Shown here one piece after another: positions 55,461-63,053 of a stretch of DNA of 64,000 nucleotides. This DNA is from Patescibacteria group bacterium. Lineage in GTDB: Bacteria > Patescibacteriota > Minisyncoccia > JAHISW01 > Tagabacteraceae. The first letter of the stretch is position 1, and each line of letters opens with the position of its first letter. The position numbers and the translations under genes are program-made. The DNA lies in NCBI GenBank assembly GCA_042577045.1, contig JBHPEK010000001.1:15173-79172 (forward strand), written 5' to 3'. The notes under the pieces are model-generated. The model searched no databases, was not told the DNA's origin, and worked only from the letters and a program-made list of their open reading frames with translations.

Positions 55461-55754
55461 ATGAAAAAAGACGATTTAAAAGAATATCGATATGAGAACA
55501 GGATAAAAAAAGATCCAAAAGCCTGCCCTTGCTACAAAACAAACGCTCCGTGTCATAAGATAGAAAATTTGAATTGTTTTCTGTGTTATTGTCCAGAGTA
55601 TGACACATCTAAAAAAGAAGGTGGCTGTAAGAGAAACAGCCCTGATGGCAAATGGTTCTACCACGAAAAATTACCCAAAGGAAAAATTTGGGACTGCTCC
55701 GACTGCACCTACCCGCACGAGGAGAAGAATATAGAAAAGTACTTGAAAAAGTAG
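55461..55754 (+). CDS. cysteine-rich small domain protein (PF04071-like)
   Basis: CPC...CH...LNCFLCYCPEYD...C...CSDCTYPH pattern. Confidence 0.55.
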   Translation: MKKDDLKEYRYENRIKKDPKACPCYKTNAPCHKIENLNCFLCYCPEYDTSKKEGGCKRNSPDGKWFYHEKLPKGKIWDCSDCTYPHEEKNIEKYLKK

Positions 55755-55809
55755 ACATGTTTTGCTAGTCTTTGGCTAAACAACAGCTATTTGAAAAAGA
55801 GGAGGCAAA

Positions 55810-55992
55810 ATGGCGAAAATTACAGGTATTGAAAAGGTGCTTATTAGGGCAATAATTACTACGGTTATTTTATTAATCTTAACATTTACTACATGCAACA
55901 AGGTTATTGAGGAAGGTGGTGGAATTAGTGAAATAGCGGTAAGTGTGGGCAAAGAAGTGAAAGATATCCAAAAAAGAATCAACGAAGAATAA
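55810..55992 (+). CDS. small membrane protein
   Basis: AGAGGAGG RBS, one TM helix, terminator follows. Confidence 0.45.
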   Translation: MAKITGIEKVLIRAIITTVILLILTFTTCNKVIEEGGGISEIAVSVGKEVKDIQKRINEE

Positions 55993-56001
55993 AAACTAAA
56001 A

Positions 56002-56017
56002 ACACCCTTAAGGGTGT
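56002..56017 (+). terminator. terminator
   Basis: acaccc-ttaa-gggtgt plus T7. Confidence 0.7.
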
Positions 56018-56030
56018 TTTTTTATTTCCT

Positions 56031-56059
56031 CAACTATGGAGGTCTAACCTCCATAGTTG
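56031..56059. repeat. class E element (CAACTAT arms), centre TCTAA
   Basis: caactatggagg-tctaa-cctccatagttg. Confidence 0.9.
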
Positions 56060-56069
56060 GTTGTGGGCA

Positions 56070-56098
56070 GTTGCTACGACGTCGGACTTCGTAGCAAC
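56070..56098. repeat. hairpin with a chimeric C/D TCSGA core
   Basis: gttgctacga-cgtcggact-tcgtagcaac. Confidence 0.85.
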
Positions 56099-56171
56099 GT
56101 AGCAAAAAGTCAAAATCGCTAGTTGGTTTTTGGTTATTGAAATGATGCAGTCGGGTCAATATTTCCTCAAC

Positions 56172-56196
56172 TGCGTCGACGTCCGACGTCGACGCA
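56172..56196. repeat. TCSGA-centred element, class C, perfect
   Basis: tgcgtcgacgtc-c-gacgtcgacgca. Confidence 0.9.
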
Positions 56197-56224
56197 AAAG
56201 TCAAAATCGCTAGTTTGGTTTACT

Positions 56225-56815
56225 TCAATAGCTCCCGGAGGTCCGACCTCCGGGAGGACAAAACCCCAAGTCTTTTGCATAACGATCTACAGAATATTTA
56301 CCATCATACATATTTGCAACATAATCGTATTCTTGCTGATTATTTATATCGATAGTTTTTTTAAGAATACTTTGGATACCAATGTCACCAATTAATTCTT
56401 GTTTATCAATATCAAAAGCAATAGAGTGTATTGTAAGCGGAACCCCCGACAGAAAATTCAAAATATCTGGTTCTAATCCTCGTTCTTGTATGGAATGGAT
56501 ATTGTCTAACGGTATTAAATCGATATCAATACTGTCGTTGTTTAATTTAAGATTTCCATGCTTATTTTCGATAGCTTTCCAGTCTTCTGGCAACACCAAA
56601 TCTTTTGTTGCTTTTTCTATGACAAAATCAAAATCCTTTGTAGATATTTTTAACCCATAAAGACCGCTTGCTATTGTTTTATATACAGCACCACCAATGA
56701 GCCATATTTTGCCTTTACAATTTTTTCTTGCAACTTCTAAGGCCAAATGATAGGCGGTATCATCTCGCAAAGCTGTTTGAAGAATATCTCTCAATTTATT
56801 TTTTTCCATGTTCAC
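56225..56815 (-). CDS. putative Pol-beta-superfamily nucleotidyltransferase
   Basis: WLIGGAVYK...DFDFVIE resembles the GG..(R/K)...DxD NTase motif. The last 10 codons are encoded by a palindromic element. Confidence 0.5.
   Translation of the reverse strand: MNMEKNKLRDILQTALRDDTAYHLALEVARKNCKGKIWLIGGAVYKTIASGLYGLKISTKDFDFVIEKATKDLVLPEDWKAIENKHGNLKLNNDSIDIDLIPLDNIHSIQERGLEPDILNFLSGVPLTIHSIAFDIDKQELIGDIGIQSILKKTIDINNQQEYDYVANMYDGKYSVDRYAKDLGFCPPGGRTSGSY
56232..56256. repeat. TCSGA-centred element, class F, perfect; forms the 3' end of CDS 56225-56815
   Basis: ctcccggaggtc-c-gacctccgggag (encodes PPGGRTSGS). Confidence 0.9.
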
Positions 56816-56833
56816 TCATCTTCCCATCAAAAA

Positions 56834-56851
56834 ACACCTTTAGCAAGGTGT
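56834..56851 (-). terminator. terminator of 56926-57120
   Basis: acacctt-tagc-aaggtgt with A/T runs. Confidence 0.6.
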
Positions 56852-56925
56852 TTTTACGGACAGTTAGTTGCTTTTCGGAAACCGGCATCTTCGACCTTTT
56901 TTTAAAAGTTTAATTAGTAAAGAAG

Positions 56926-57120
56926 TCAAGAATGTTTTCGGCTTTTTTTTGTCTCCTTTTTATAAAGTTCTGTATATCCGCATTTTTTACAAATTAGAGT
57001 TACGAACCTTAAACTTTGGATATTAAAAAGTTTGGTCCAAAAACCTCCTACTACCCTCAATTGACCAGTCTCAAATTCAGTATTTTCACATTTGTTACAT
57101 TTATAATCTATTTTTTCCAT
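56926..57120 (-). CDS. zinc-ribbon protein (DUF2082-like)
   Basis: CNKCENTEF...CKKCGYTELY. Confidence 0.5.
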   Translation of the reverse strand: MEKIDYKCNKCENTEFETGQLRVVGGFWTKLFNIQSLRFVTLICKKCGYTELYKKETKKSRKHS

Positions 57121-57126
57121 GTGGGT

Positions 57127-57330
57127 TTATTGTAAGTAAGTGATGTAGACTATGATGCCGTCTACAATGATACCGGCGATGCCGACGAGAAGTAAAATGA
57201 TGAGAGACCACCTAGGAAGTGGTTTTTTTGTTTTTAACCCCCAGATAGCTAAGATGATAAAAAAGGTGAAGACAAAAATACCGAAGATGTCGAAAAACTC
57301 TGGACGAATTATGTTTAGTATTGTTTTCAT
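57127..57330 (-). CDS. small two-TM membrane protein
   Basis: Hydrophobic 67-aa ORF, 6 nt upstream of the zinc-ribbon gene. Confidence 0.45.
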   Translation of the reverse strand: MKTILNIIRPEFFDIFGIFVFTFFIILAIWGLKTKKPLPRWSLIILLLVGIAGIIVDGIIVYITYLQ

Positions 57331-57378
57331 AATTCTATTTTACCATAACTATTGAATTGGTTCGATGCCACTCGATAA

Positions 57379-57405
57379 CTGCGTCGACGTCCGACGTCGA
57401 CGCAG
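57379..57405. repeat. TCSGA-centred element, class C, perfect 27 nt
   Basis: ctgcgtcgacgtc-c-gacgtcgacgcag. Confidence 0.9.
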
Positions 57406-57438
57406 AAGGAAGCCGAAGCTTTCGCTCCGGCTTCCTTC
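57405..57438. repeat. adjacent GC-rich hairpin
   Basis: gaaggaagccg...cggcttccttc. Confidence 0.7.
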
Positions 57439-57601
57439 TTTCTATGCACTTTAGGGGAACAGGTTAGAACCTGTTTGAAGGCGATGTTTAACCCTGTGAA
57501 TGATGATTTATTACGCCTTAGAAATGCTGTAAGGCGCTGATAAAGAACGGTTTGTTATCTTTGTATATGTACACAATGTTCATGATGTTCATGAAAATGA
57601 A

Positions 57602-57632
57602 AAGACCTAATATATGCCATAAATTAGGTCTT
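57602..57632. terminator. bidirectional terminator downstream of the radical SAM gene
   Basis: aagacctaat...attaggtctt flanked by A and T runs. Confidence 0.65.
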
Positions 57633-57664
57633 TTTTTATCTTGTAGATCAAGGAAATAAGAGCT

Positions 57665-58690
57665 CTATTTACCAATCAATGCTTCTATTGGATGATCTAT
57701 CATGTATGCTGTCGTATTATGGCATGTGGAGTAACACAATTTAGTACACCATCTTTTAGTTTCTTCAATTTCCAACTTTCTTTTTTTAAAAAAGTCTTTG
57801 CCCATTGCCAAAACATTCATTCTATAGGGCTTCAGGCCAGTACATAATTGTATAGAACCATCATAGTCAACGGAAAACGAATATTTACCAGCCATACAAT
57901 TCCATTCAAGGTCACCATATACGAATCCTTTCATACCCTTGAAATAAGAGTATGGATCCATAATTTGTGCACCTTTCCTTTTTAGTTCTATTATCTCGTT
58001 AACGACCTTAATAAGCTTCTGTTTGGATTCTTCACTGTTAAAAAACAAAGACTCATCATCTGCTATGTTCCCATCAACTGATCTACAAATATAACCGATG
58101 GTTAGTGGAATCTTATTTTTGTCGTTGATTTGCTCGATTGTCTTAACCACTGTGGCAAGATTTTTGTTTGTTAAAACTATATGTGTCTTGAGACCAAATC
58201 CATATTTTTCCCGATATTTTAGAAGTAAATCAAGAACTTTTTTACTTCTGACGTAATCCTTTCTTGATTCATTAAACTCCAAAAGACTGTCTACTGATAA
58301 TTCGATATAATCCACACCTGTTTCTACAATTCTTTTTATATAATCTTCATTGAGCAAAGTCCCATTTGTAGTAAAATATGAAAAAATTCGCTTATCTACA
58401 GAATATTTTAAAATCTCACAAAAATCTTTTCTTAAAGTAGGCTCGCCACCAAAAAAAGCAATAGCCCTTATCCCCAAAGAATACAGTTTATCAATGATTT
58501 TTTTAATTTCTTTGGTAGAAATATCTTTTTTTGTATTATCTTTAACATGGCAATAATCGCAGTTCAGGTTGCATTTTCTGGTTAGGTAAAAATGAACCCA
58601 TAACGGCGTTTCAGATATTCTGGATTTTATAGTGGCCGGTAAACAACCTTTAGTGACTTTTAAAGATTTTTTCAATGATAAATATGTCAT
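57665..58690 (-). CDS. radical SAM enzyme with a SPASM-like C-terminal Cys cluster
   Basis: CNLNCDYCH; GGEPTL; C-terminal WNCMAG...CTGL...CTKLCYSTCH. Confidence 0.85.
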   Translation of the reverse strand: MTYLSLKKSLKVTKGCLPATIKSRISETPLWVHFYLTRKCNLNCDYCHVKDNTKKDISTKEIKKIIDKLYSLGIRAIAFFGGEPTLRKDFCEILKYSVDKRIFSYFTTNGTLLNEDYIKRIVETGVDYIELSVDSLLEFNESRKDYVRSKKVLDLLLKYREKYGFGLKTHIVLTNKNLATVVKTIEQINDKNKIPLTIGYICRSVDGNIADDESLFFNSEESKQKLIKVVNEIIELKRKGAQIMDPYSYFKGMKGFVYGDLEWNCMAGKYSFSVDYDGSIQLCTGLKPYRMNVLAMGKDFFKKRKLEIEETKRWCTKLCYSTCHNTTAYMIDHPIEALIGK

Positions 58691-58740
58691 AATATACTCT
58701 AATCCTTTCTCGTGAATTGTGAAAGATTCTTCTCTAATAA

Positions 58741-58768
58741 ACTATAGAGATTTTTTGGATTTTGTCAA
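58741..58768 (-). promoter_or_regulatory. promoter TTGACA-16-TATAGT for the radical SAM gene
   Basis: Reverse complement reads TTGACAaaatccaaaaaatctcTATAGT. Confidence 0.45.
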
Positions 58769-58860
58769 GCATATCAAAACTGAGTATTTTTAAGTTAGAA
58801 CCTCCGAGATTTGTGAAATCTAAATACTTCTAGTGTGGCTAGAGCGCAAAAAGTTCCCTA

Positions 58861-58883
58861 TTGTGCGAGTACGGGGAATCGAA
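58861..58883 (-). pseudogene. 23-nt copy of the tRNA-Gly 3' end (T-arm 3' half, acceptor, 3 trailing nt)
   Basis: ttgtgcgagtacggggaatcgaa is identical to 59001-59023. Confidence 0.85.
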
Positions 58884-58944
58884 TCTTACAGATTCTGTGC
58901 AGCGTTTGGCTCGCAAAGCGAGCTCAAACCGCTTTTCGATTCCC
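58873..58944. repeat. foldback built on the tRNA fragment with an inner 13-bp hairpin
   Basis: gggaatcgaa (58874-58883) pairs with ttcgattccc (58935-58944); inner stem at 58901-58933. Confidence 0.7.
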
Positions 58945-58972
58945 TCACATATCTTATTCAAGACAAAAATAA

Positions 58973-58989
58973 AGCAACATTAAGTTGCT
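58973..58989 (-). terminator. terminator after tRNA-Gly
   Basis: agcaac-ttaat-gttgct followed by ttatttttg on the minus strand. Confidence 0.6.
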
Positions 58990-59003
58990 CCATTTTTGTC
59001 TTG

Positions 59004-59074
59004 TGCGAGTACGGGGAATCGAACCCCGGTTTCGAGCTTGGGAAGCTCACGTCATGCCACTAAACTATACTCGC
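59004..59074 (-). tRNA. tRNA-Gly (CCC)
   Basis: Hand-folded cloverleaf; anticodon loop TTCCCAA; GGTTCGATTCC T-arm. Confidence 0.9.
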
Positions 59075-59083
59075 TAATGTATT

Positions 59084-59164
59084 CCACTAAATCCCGACGC
59101 TCCACTTTGCGGAGGTCGAGGACCCTCGATTTCGCCTCTGGCGAACATCGGGGCTATACTCGCT
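59084..59164 (-). pseudogene. 19-nt copy of the tRNA-Gly 5' end split by a 62-nt structured insertion
   Basis: ccactaaa (59084-59091) plus ctatactcgct (59154-59164) are contiguous in the real tRNA at 59057-59075. Confidence 0.75.
59092..59153 (-). repeat. 62-nt GC-rich insertion predicted to fold as a four-way junction
   Basis: Outer stem cccgacg/catcggg plus three hairpins; two mismatches become G-U pairs only on the minus strand. Confidence 0.55.
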
Positions 59165-59210
59165 TGTTTTAATAATAACTTAATTACTCAAAACACGAAA
59201 ATACATACCC

Positions 59211-59238
59211 TTGACAAATAAATAAAGTTAGGTATAAT
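59211..59238 (+). promoter_or_regulatory. consensus promoter TTGACA-16-TATAAT
   Basis: ttgacaaataaataaagttaggtataat. Confidence 0.6.
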
Positions 59239-59296
59239 AGAAACAGACCTTAAGTTTTGAAAACTGAAAATTTTAACCAAGAAAAGGAGCTTCCAA

Positions 59297-59911
59297 ATGG
59301 TAAAACGACTTGTATTAATCGCGTTGGTATTGGTATTTACATTGGCAATCACCCACCCCGCCATGGCAGGTAAACGAGGATCTACTGGATGGAATCTGAC
59401 AAAAAAGGGAGCTGGATTTATGGCCGGTTTTGCCGCCGGTAAACTGATCGGCCACAACGGTGGACATGAGGTAGCATCGTGGCTAACAGGATCTAGGCTA
59501 GACTGGTCTGCACCGGCCAGCGGAGACTGGAGACCTCAATGGCACCTAAATGAAAATGATCGCCAAAAAAGACAACTGGTTCTCTTCGGTGGTTTTGCAG
59601 AACAAATCCTTTCAACCGAGATTATTCTCGGTTGGGGCAAAATCCCCAAAGACAATCCCTTTGTCTTGGGATGGTTAGCATGGAACTTCGTGGAACCGAT
59701 AGTATATACAGTACTCCACGAAACACGTGACGGTGGATACTGCGACCTGGCACTCCTAGAGGAAGTAGGAGTAAATGCCCATCTGGTAGAAGCGGGTCTT
59801 CTGGCCCACGTCGCAATTTCCGCGTTTCGGCTCTACAAAAACCCAGGTTTTCCGGTTTTTGTTAAAGTAACCTCCAAAGAAATTGGAATTTTCTTTGGAA
59901 AAAGATTTTAG
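59297..59911 (+). CDS. secreted/membrane hypothetical protein, GC-rich gene
   Basis: AAGGAG RBS, signal peptide ending HPAMA. Confidence 0.55.
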   Translation: MVKRLVLIALVLVFTLAITHPAMAGKRGSTGWNLTKKGAGFMAGFAAGKLIGHNGGHEVASWLTGSRLDWSAPASGDWRPQWHLNENDRQKRQLVLFGGFAEQILSTEIILGWGKIPKDNPFVLGWLAWNFVEPIVYTVLHETRDGGYCDLALLEEVGVNAHLVEAGLLAHVAISAFRLYKNPGFPVFVKVTSKEIGIFFGKRF

Positions 59912-59918
59912 AAAAAAG

Positions 59919-59962
59919 CCCCCCGCCAACATTCTTCTCCGAAGAGAAGTTTGGGCGGGGGG
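59919..59962. terminator. long GC-rich stem-loop between convergent genes
   Basis: ccccccgcc...ggcgggggg with an inner ttcttctc/gagaag stem. Confidence 0.6.
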
Positions 59963-60358
59963 TTAAAATTTTATCAATTCCCAGACTTTTTTGAAGAAGC
60001 TCTCCTCCTTCGCTAAAACTTCGGAGGACAAGTCTTTTCCTTCTTCCTCCTCGTTTTTATCTATAATTATGACGTAGTCCTCTCCCGGTTTTTTCACTTG
60101 AAATTTCTTACGCAACTCCTTCTCTATCCCTTCATCTGTTCTTAATTTCCCAATATTGGCCCCTAGATCATTTTTCCTGCCCTCCATATCTTTTATTTCT
60201 TCCTTAACTAAATCATTTCTTAAAGAGGCCTGTCTGCTTCTTGTGTATATTTTATATAAAGAAACCGAATACATTACCACTACAACTAAGCAGATGGCAA
60301 AAACTGGTCGAGAAAAAAGTATTTTATTTAATCTATTTTTTTGTTTTAATTCTCTCAT
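59963..60358 (-). CDS. FtsB/DivIC-like septum formation initiator
   Basis: N-terminal TM helix, then a coiled coil and a KKPGEDYVII tail. Confidence 0.55.
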   Translation of the reverse strand: MRELKQKNRLNKILFSRPVFAICLVVVVMYSVSLYKIYTRSRQASLRNDLVKEEIKDMEGRKNDLGANIGKLRTDEGIEKELRKKFQVKKPGEDYVIIIDKNEEEEGKDLSSEVLAKEESFFKKVWELIKF

Positions 60359-60377
60359 CGGTTATAATAGATATAGT

Positions 60378-60488
60378 ATGTATTTATCTAAACGTGGCAA
60401 AAAATTAAACAGGGCTGTTTGGATTTTCATCAGTATTTTGGCAATCATCGGAATGGTGGGTTACCTCATTGTACCACTTTTCTACTAA
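60378..60488 (+). CDS. possible 36-aa membrane peptide
   Basis: TATAAT at 60363-60368; MYLSKRGKKLNRAVWIFISILAIIGMVGYLIVPLFY. Confidence 0.35.
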   Translation: MYLSKRGKKLNRAVWIFISILAIIGMVGYLIVPLFY

Positions 60489-62311
60489 TCATTTCCTCCA
60501 CCCTGAATCATCTTCAAGAACACGTCGTGGGGAACATCTACCCGGCCGTGTTTGCTTAATTTTTTCTTCCCCTTTTTCTGCTTCTCTCGCACTTTCATTT
60601 TTCTAGTTATGTCTCCACCATATAGACCAGCGGTGACATCTTTTTTAAGAGCAGATATTTTTTGAGCAGCAATAATGCGCCCATTTGCTTTCACTTGGAT
60701 TTTAATCACAAACAGCGCTCTTGGCAAAAACCTCTTTAATTTCTCGGCTAAATTTTTTGCATCCCTTTGCATATCTTTTTTGGCAATCATTTTTGAAAAT
60801 GCTGGAATGACCTCTTCATTTAAAAGAACTTCTAAGCGAGTAAGTTCCCCCCTTCTATCTTCCATAATTTGATAACTAAAAGACGCATATCCAGACGTAG
60901 CACTTTTTAATTCTTCAAAAAAATTGTTCATCATTTCGCGTAGGGGCATTTGGGCTTTTAAAACAAATCTCTTCTGCTCACCAAATCCTTCTGTATCTCC
61001 CACCATGGCATCTCGTCTTTTTAAGACTTGCATAACTTCTCCCAACTTATCAAAAGGAGTTATAATTTTTACTTCAACCCATGGTTCGAGAATTTTATCT
61101 ATTTGAAAATGTTCAGGAAAAAGCGCTGCTGAATAAATCTCTTTTTTATTGCCATTTTTATCTTCTATTTTGTAAACCACGCTGGGAGTAGCAACCACAA
61201 CAGCAAGCTTAAACTCACGCTTTAGGCGTTCCACAATAATTTCAAGATGGAGCATTCCTAAAAAACCACAACGAAATCCACGCCCCAAAACACCACTTTC
61301 CTCTTCTTCAAAATCTAAAGAGCTGTCTGAAAGCTTCAATCTTTCTAACGACTGTTTTAAGTCCGTAAAATCGTCTTGAGACTCTGGGTATATACTAGCC
61401 CAAACAACTGGCGCGGGTTGTTTATATCCCTTTAGCGCCCCCAAGGTACTACCTTTGGAAAGAAGTGTATCTCCAACAGAGGCAACACCTGCCTCTTTAA
61501 CATTCGTTACAACATATCCAATTTCTCCTGTTTTTAGATCTGGAGTTTCTAGGGGGGTGGGGCTAAGAATGCCAATTTCCCCAACTGTAAAATTTAGACC
61601 AGCTTGATGTAAAAATACCTTATCACCTTTTTTGATTTGGCCATCTGTGCATCGTACATATAAAATAATACCTTTGTGAGGTGAATACTCGAAATCAAAA
61701 ACCAAACCCCTGAATCCACACGACACCGAGTTTCGTGTATCTACACGAAACTCGGTGTCGTGTGGGTGTGGAGGTGGGATACGAGAAATAATTTCTTTGA
61801 GCAGGGCCTCTACGCCTTCCCCTGTTTTAGCTGATACTTCTAAAATATCTTTTTCCTCGCAAGACAAAATTTCCAAAATTTCTTGTTTCGTCTCTGGGGT
61901 CTGTGCATTCGGACTATCTATCTTGTTAATAACGGGAACTATGGTTAACCCCAACTCTTTTGCCATTTCTAAGTTACTAATTGTTTGCGCTTGAACTCCT
62001 TGAGTGGCATCTACTAAAAGTACTGCCCCCTCAACAGCCTTAAGAGAACGCGACACCTCGTAAGAAAAATCTATATGTCCTGGAGTATCAATCAAATTGA
62101 GTTGATACCCCTCAAAACTCATTCGGACTGGTTGCATTTTTATGGTAATACCTCTTTCTCTCTCTAACTCCATTTGATCTAAAACTTGTTCTTTCATTTT
62201 TCTCTTCTCTATGGTCGCAGTCAATTCCAAGAACCGATCAGCCAAAGTTGACTTACCGTGGTCAATATGCGCAATAATACTAAAATTTCTAATATTGTTT
62301 TTTTCTTGCAT
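60485..62311 (-). CDS. lepA: translation elongation factor 4 (LepA) carrying an in-frame palindrome
   Basis: G-domain AHIDHGKST, DTPGH, NKID; LepA-specific C-terminus. Confidence 0.95.
   Translation of the reverse strand: MQEKNNIRNFSIIAHIDHGKSTLADRFLELTATIEKRKMKEQVLDQMELERERGITIKMQPVRMSFEGYQLNLIDTPGHIDFSYEVSRSLKAVEGAVLLVDATQGVQAQTISNLEMAKELGLTIVPVINKIDSPNAQTPETKQEILEILSCEEKDILEVSAKTGEGVEALLKEIISRIPPPHPHDTEFRVDTRNSVSCGFRGLVFDFEYSPHKGIILYVRCTDGQIKKGDKVFLHQAGLNFTVGEIGILSPTPLETPDLKTGEIGYVVTNVKEAGVASVGDTLLSKGSTLGALKGYKQPAPVVWASIYPESQDDFTDLKQSLERLKLSDSSLDFEEEESGVLGRGFRCGFLGMLHLEIIVERLKREFKLAVVVATPSVVYKIEDKNGNKKEIYSAALFPEHFQIDKILEPWVEVKIITPFDKLGEVMQVLKRRDAMVGDTEGFGEQKRFVLKAQMPLREMMNNFFEELKSATSGYASFSYQIMEDRRGELTRLEVLLNEEVIPAFSKMIAKKDMQRDAKNLAEKLKRFLPRALFVIKIQVKANGRIIAAQKISALKKDVTAGLYGGDITRKMKVREKQKKGKKKLSKHGRVDVPHDVFLKMIQGGGND
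61716..61765. repeat. perfect 22-bp-arm inverted repeat inside lepA
   Basis: ccacacgacaccgagtttcgtg-tatcta-cacgaaactcggtgtcgtgtgg. Confidence 0.9.
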
Positions 62312-62385
62312 ATTTATTCCTCGTGTTTTACTCTATAATTAGAGCAGAAAAACGGCTCTTTCACAAATAAAATGGAGGTGGCGTA

Positions 62386-62973
62386 ATGAAAAAAGGACGT
62401 ATACATTTAAATATACTTTTATTATTTTCTCTGTTTTTAATGTTTGGTTGTCAAACGATATTACTTCCAGTTTCCCAAAACACCATCACCTCTCCGTTCA
62501 AAAGCTATAAAGAAGCAGGAGATGTTTATATCTATGAGATACAGGAAGGAAAGACAACTGGAGAAGAACTAACGATACTTGGCATGGGCCACACCAGTCC
62601 AAATGTAGAAACATGGGACCACATAACTGTGGAAAAAATGTTTATGCATAATCCGAACATAAGGTTTGAAGACTTGCGAGAAAATGTTCAGACGTTTCTT
62701 AATGCAAAAAACAGAGGATTGGCTCTTAAAATCAGTTTCGGAGAGACAAAGAAAAAGTCAAAAGGAAACGTAATTCTCCATTTTTTAAATCTTTTAAGGA
62801 TCGAAAAAACAAGCGGATGGAACTTTGAAGGACTTATTTTGCTGGTAGACAATGTAGTCGTTTACAAACTCATGCCGCCAAAAGGAATTGTCTTTATTGA
62901 CAAAGAAACCGTCAAAAGAACTCCGCTAGGACCTCTTACAAATATTTCAGACGTTCCTCGCATATTTCCATAA
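62386..62973 (+). CDS. lipoprotein, unknown function
   Basis: Signal peptide with lipobox LMFGC; GGAGGTGG RBS. Confidence 0.6.
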   Translation: MKKGRIHLNILLLFSLFLMFGCQTILLPVSQNTITSPFKSYKEAGDVYIYEIQEGKTTGEELTILGMGHTSPNVETWDHITVEKMFMHNPNIRFEDLRENVQTFLNAKNRGLALKISFGETKKKSKGNVILHFLNLLRIEKTSGWNFEGLILLVDNVVVYKLMPPKGIVFIDKETVKRTPLGPLTNISDVPRIFP

Positions 62974-62979
62974 ACAAAA

Positions 62980-62995
62980 CCCCACCCTTGTGGGG
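62980..62995 (+). terminator. terminator
   Basis: ccccac-cctt-gtgggg plus T6. Confidence 0.7.
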
Positions 62996-63017
62996 TTTTT
63001 TATTTTATGATAACTCC

Positions 63018-63044
63018 TCTGTGGGAAGTCGGACTTCCCACAGA
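63018..63044. repeat. TCSGA-centred element, class B, perfect
   Basis: tctgtgggaagtc-g-gacttcccacaga followed by tac. Confidence 0.9.
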
Positions 63045-63053
63045 TACTGGACA

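Noticed and set aside
55993-56260. Clustered short palindromic repeats (also 18345-18472 and 46884-47056) considered as a CRISPR array
   Set aside because: The repeat units differ from each other in sequence and length. There are no regular unique spacers, no leader, and no cas genes in the window.
57518-57592. 24-codon minus-strand ORF downstream of the radical SAM gene as a RiPP precursor
   Set aside because: It lies after the terminator, has no SD or promoter, and has no Cys/Ser/Thr-rich core. This is not enough evidence.
58833-59063. 76-aa plus-strand ORF over the tRNA-Gly region
   Set aside because: It overlaps the tRNA-Gly gene and its duplicated fragment. Its reading frame is an artefact of the structured RNA region.
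58691-59300. Integrated prophage or genomic island at tRNA-Gly
   Set aside because: The direct repeats of the tRNA 3' end are only about 140 nt apart, and no integrase, excisionase or phage gene is present in the window.
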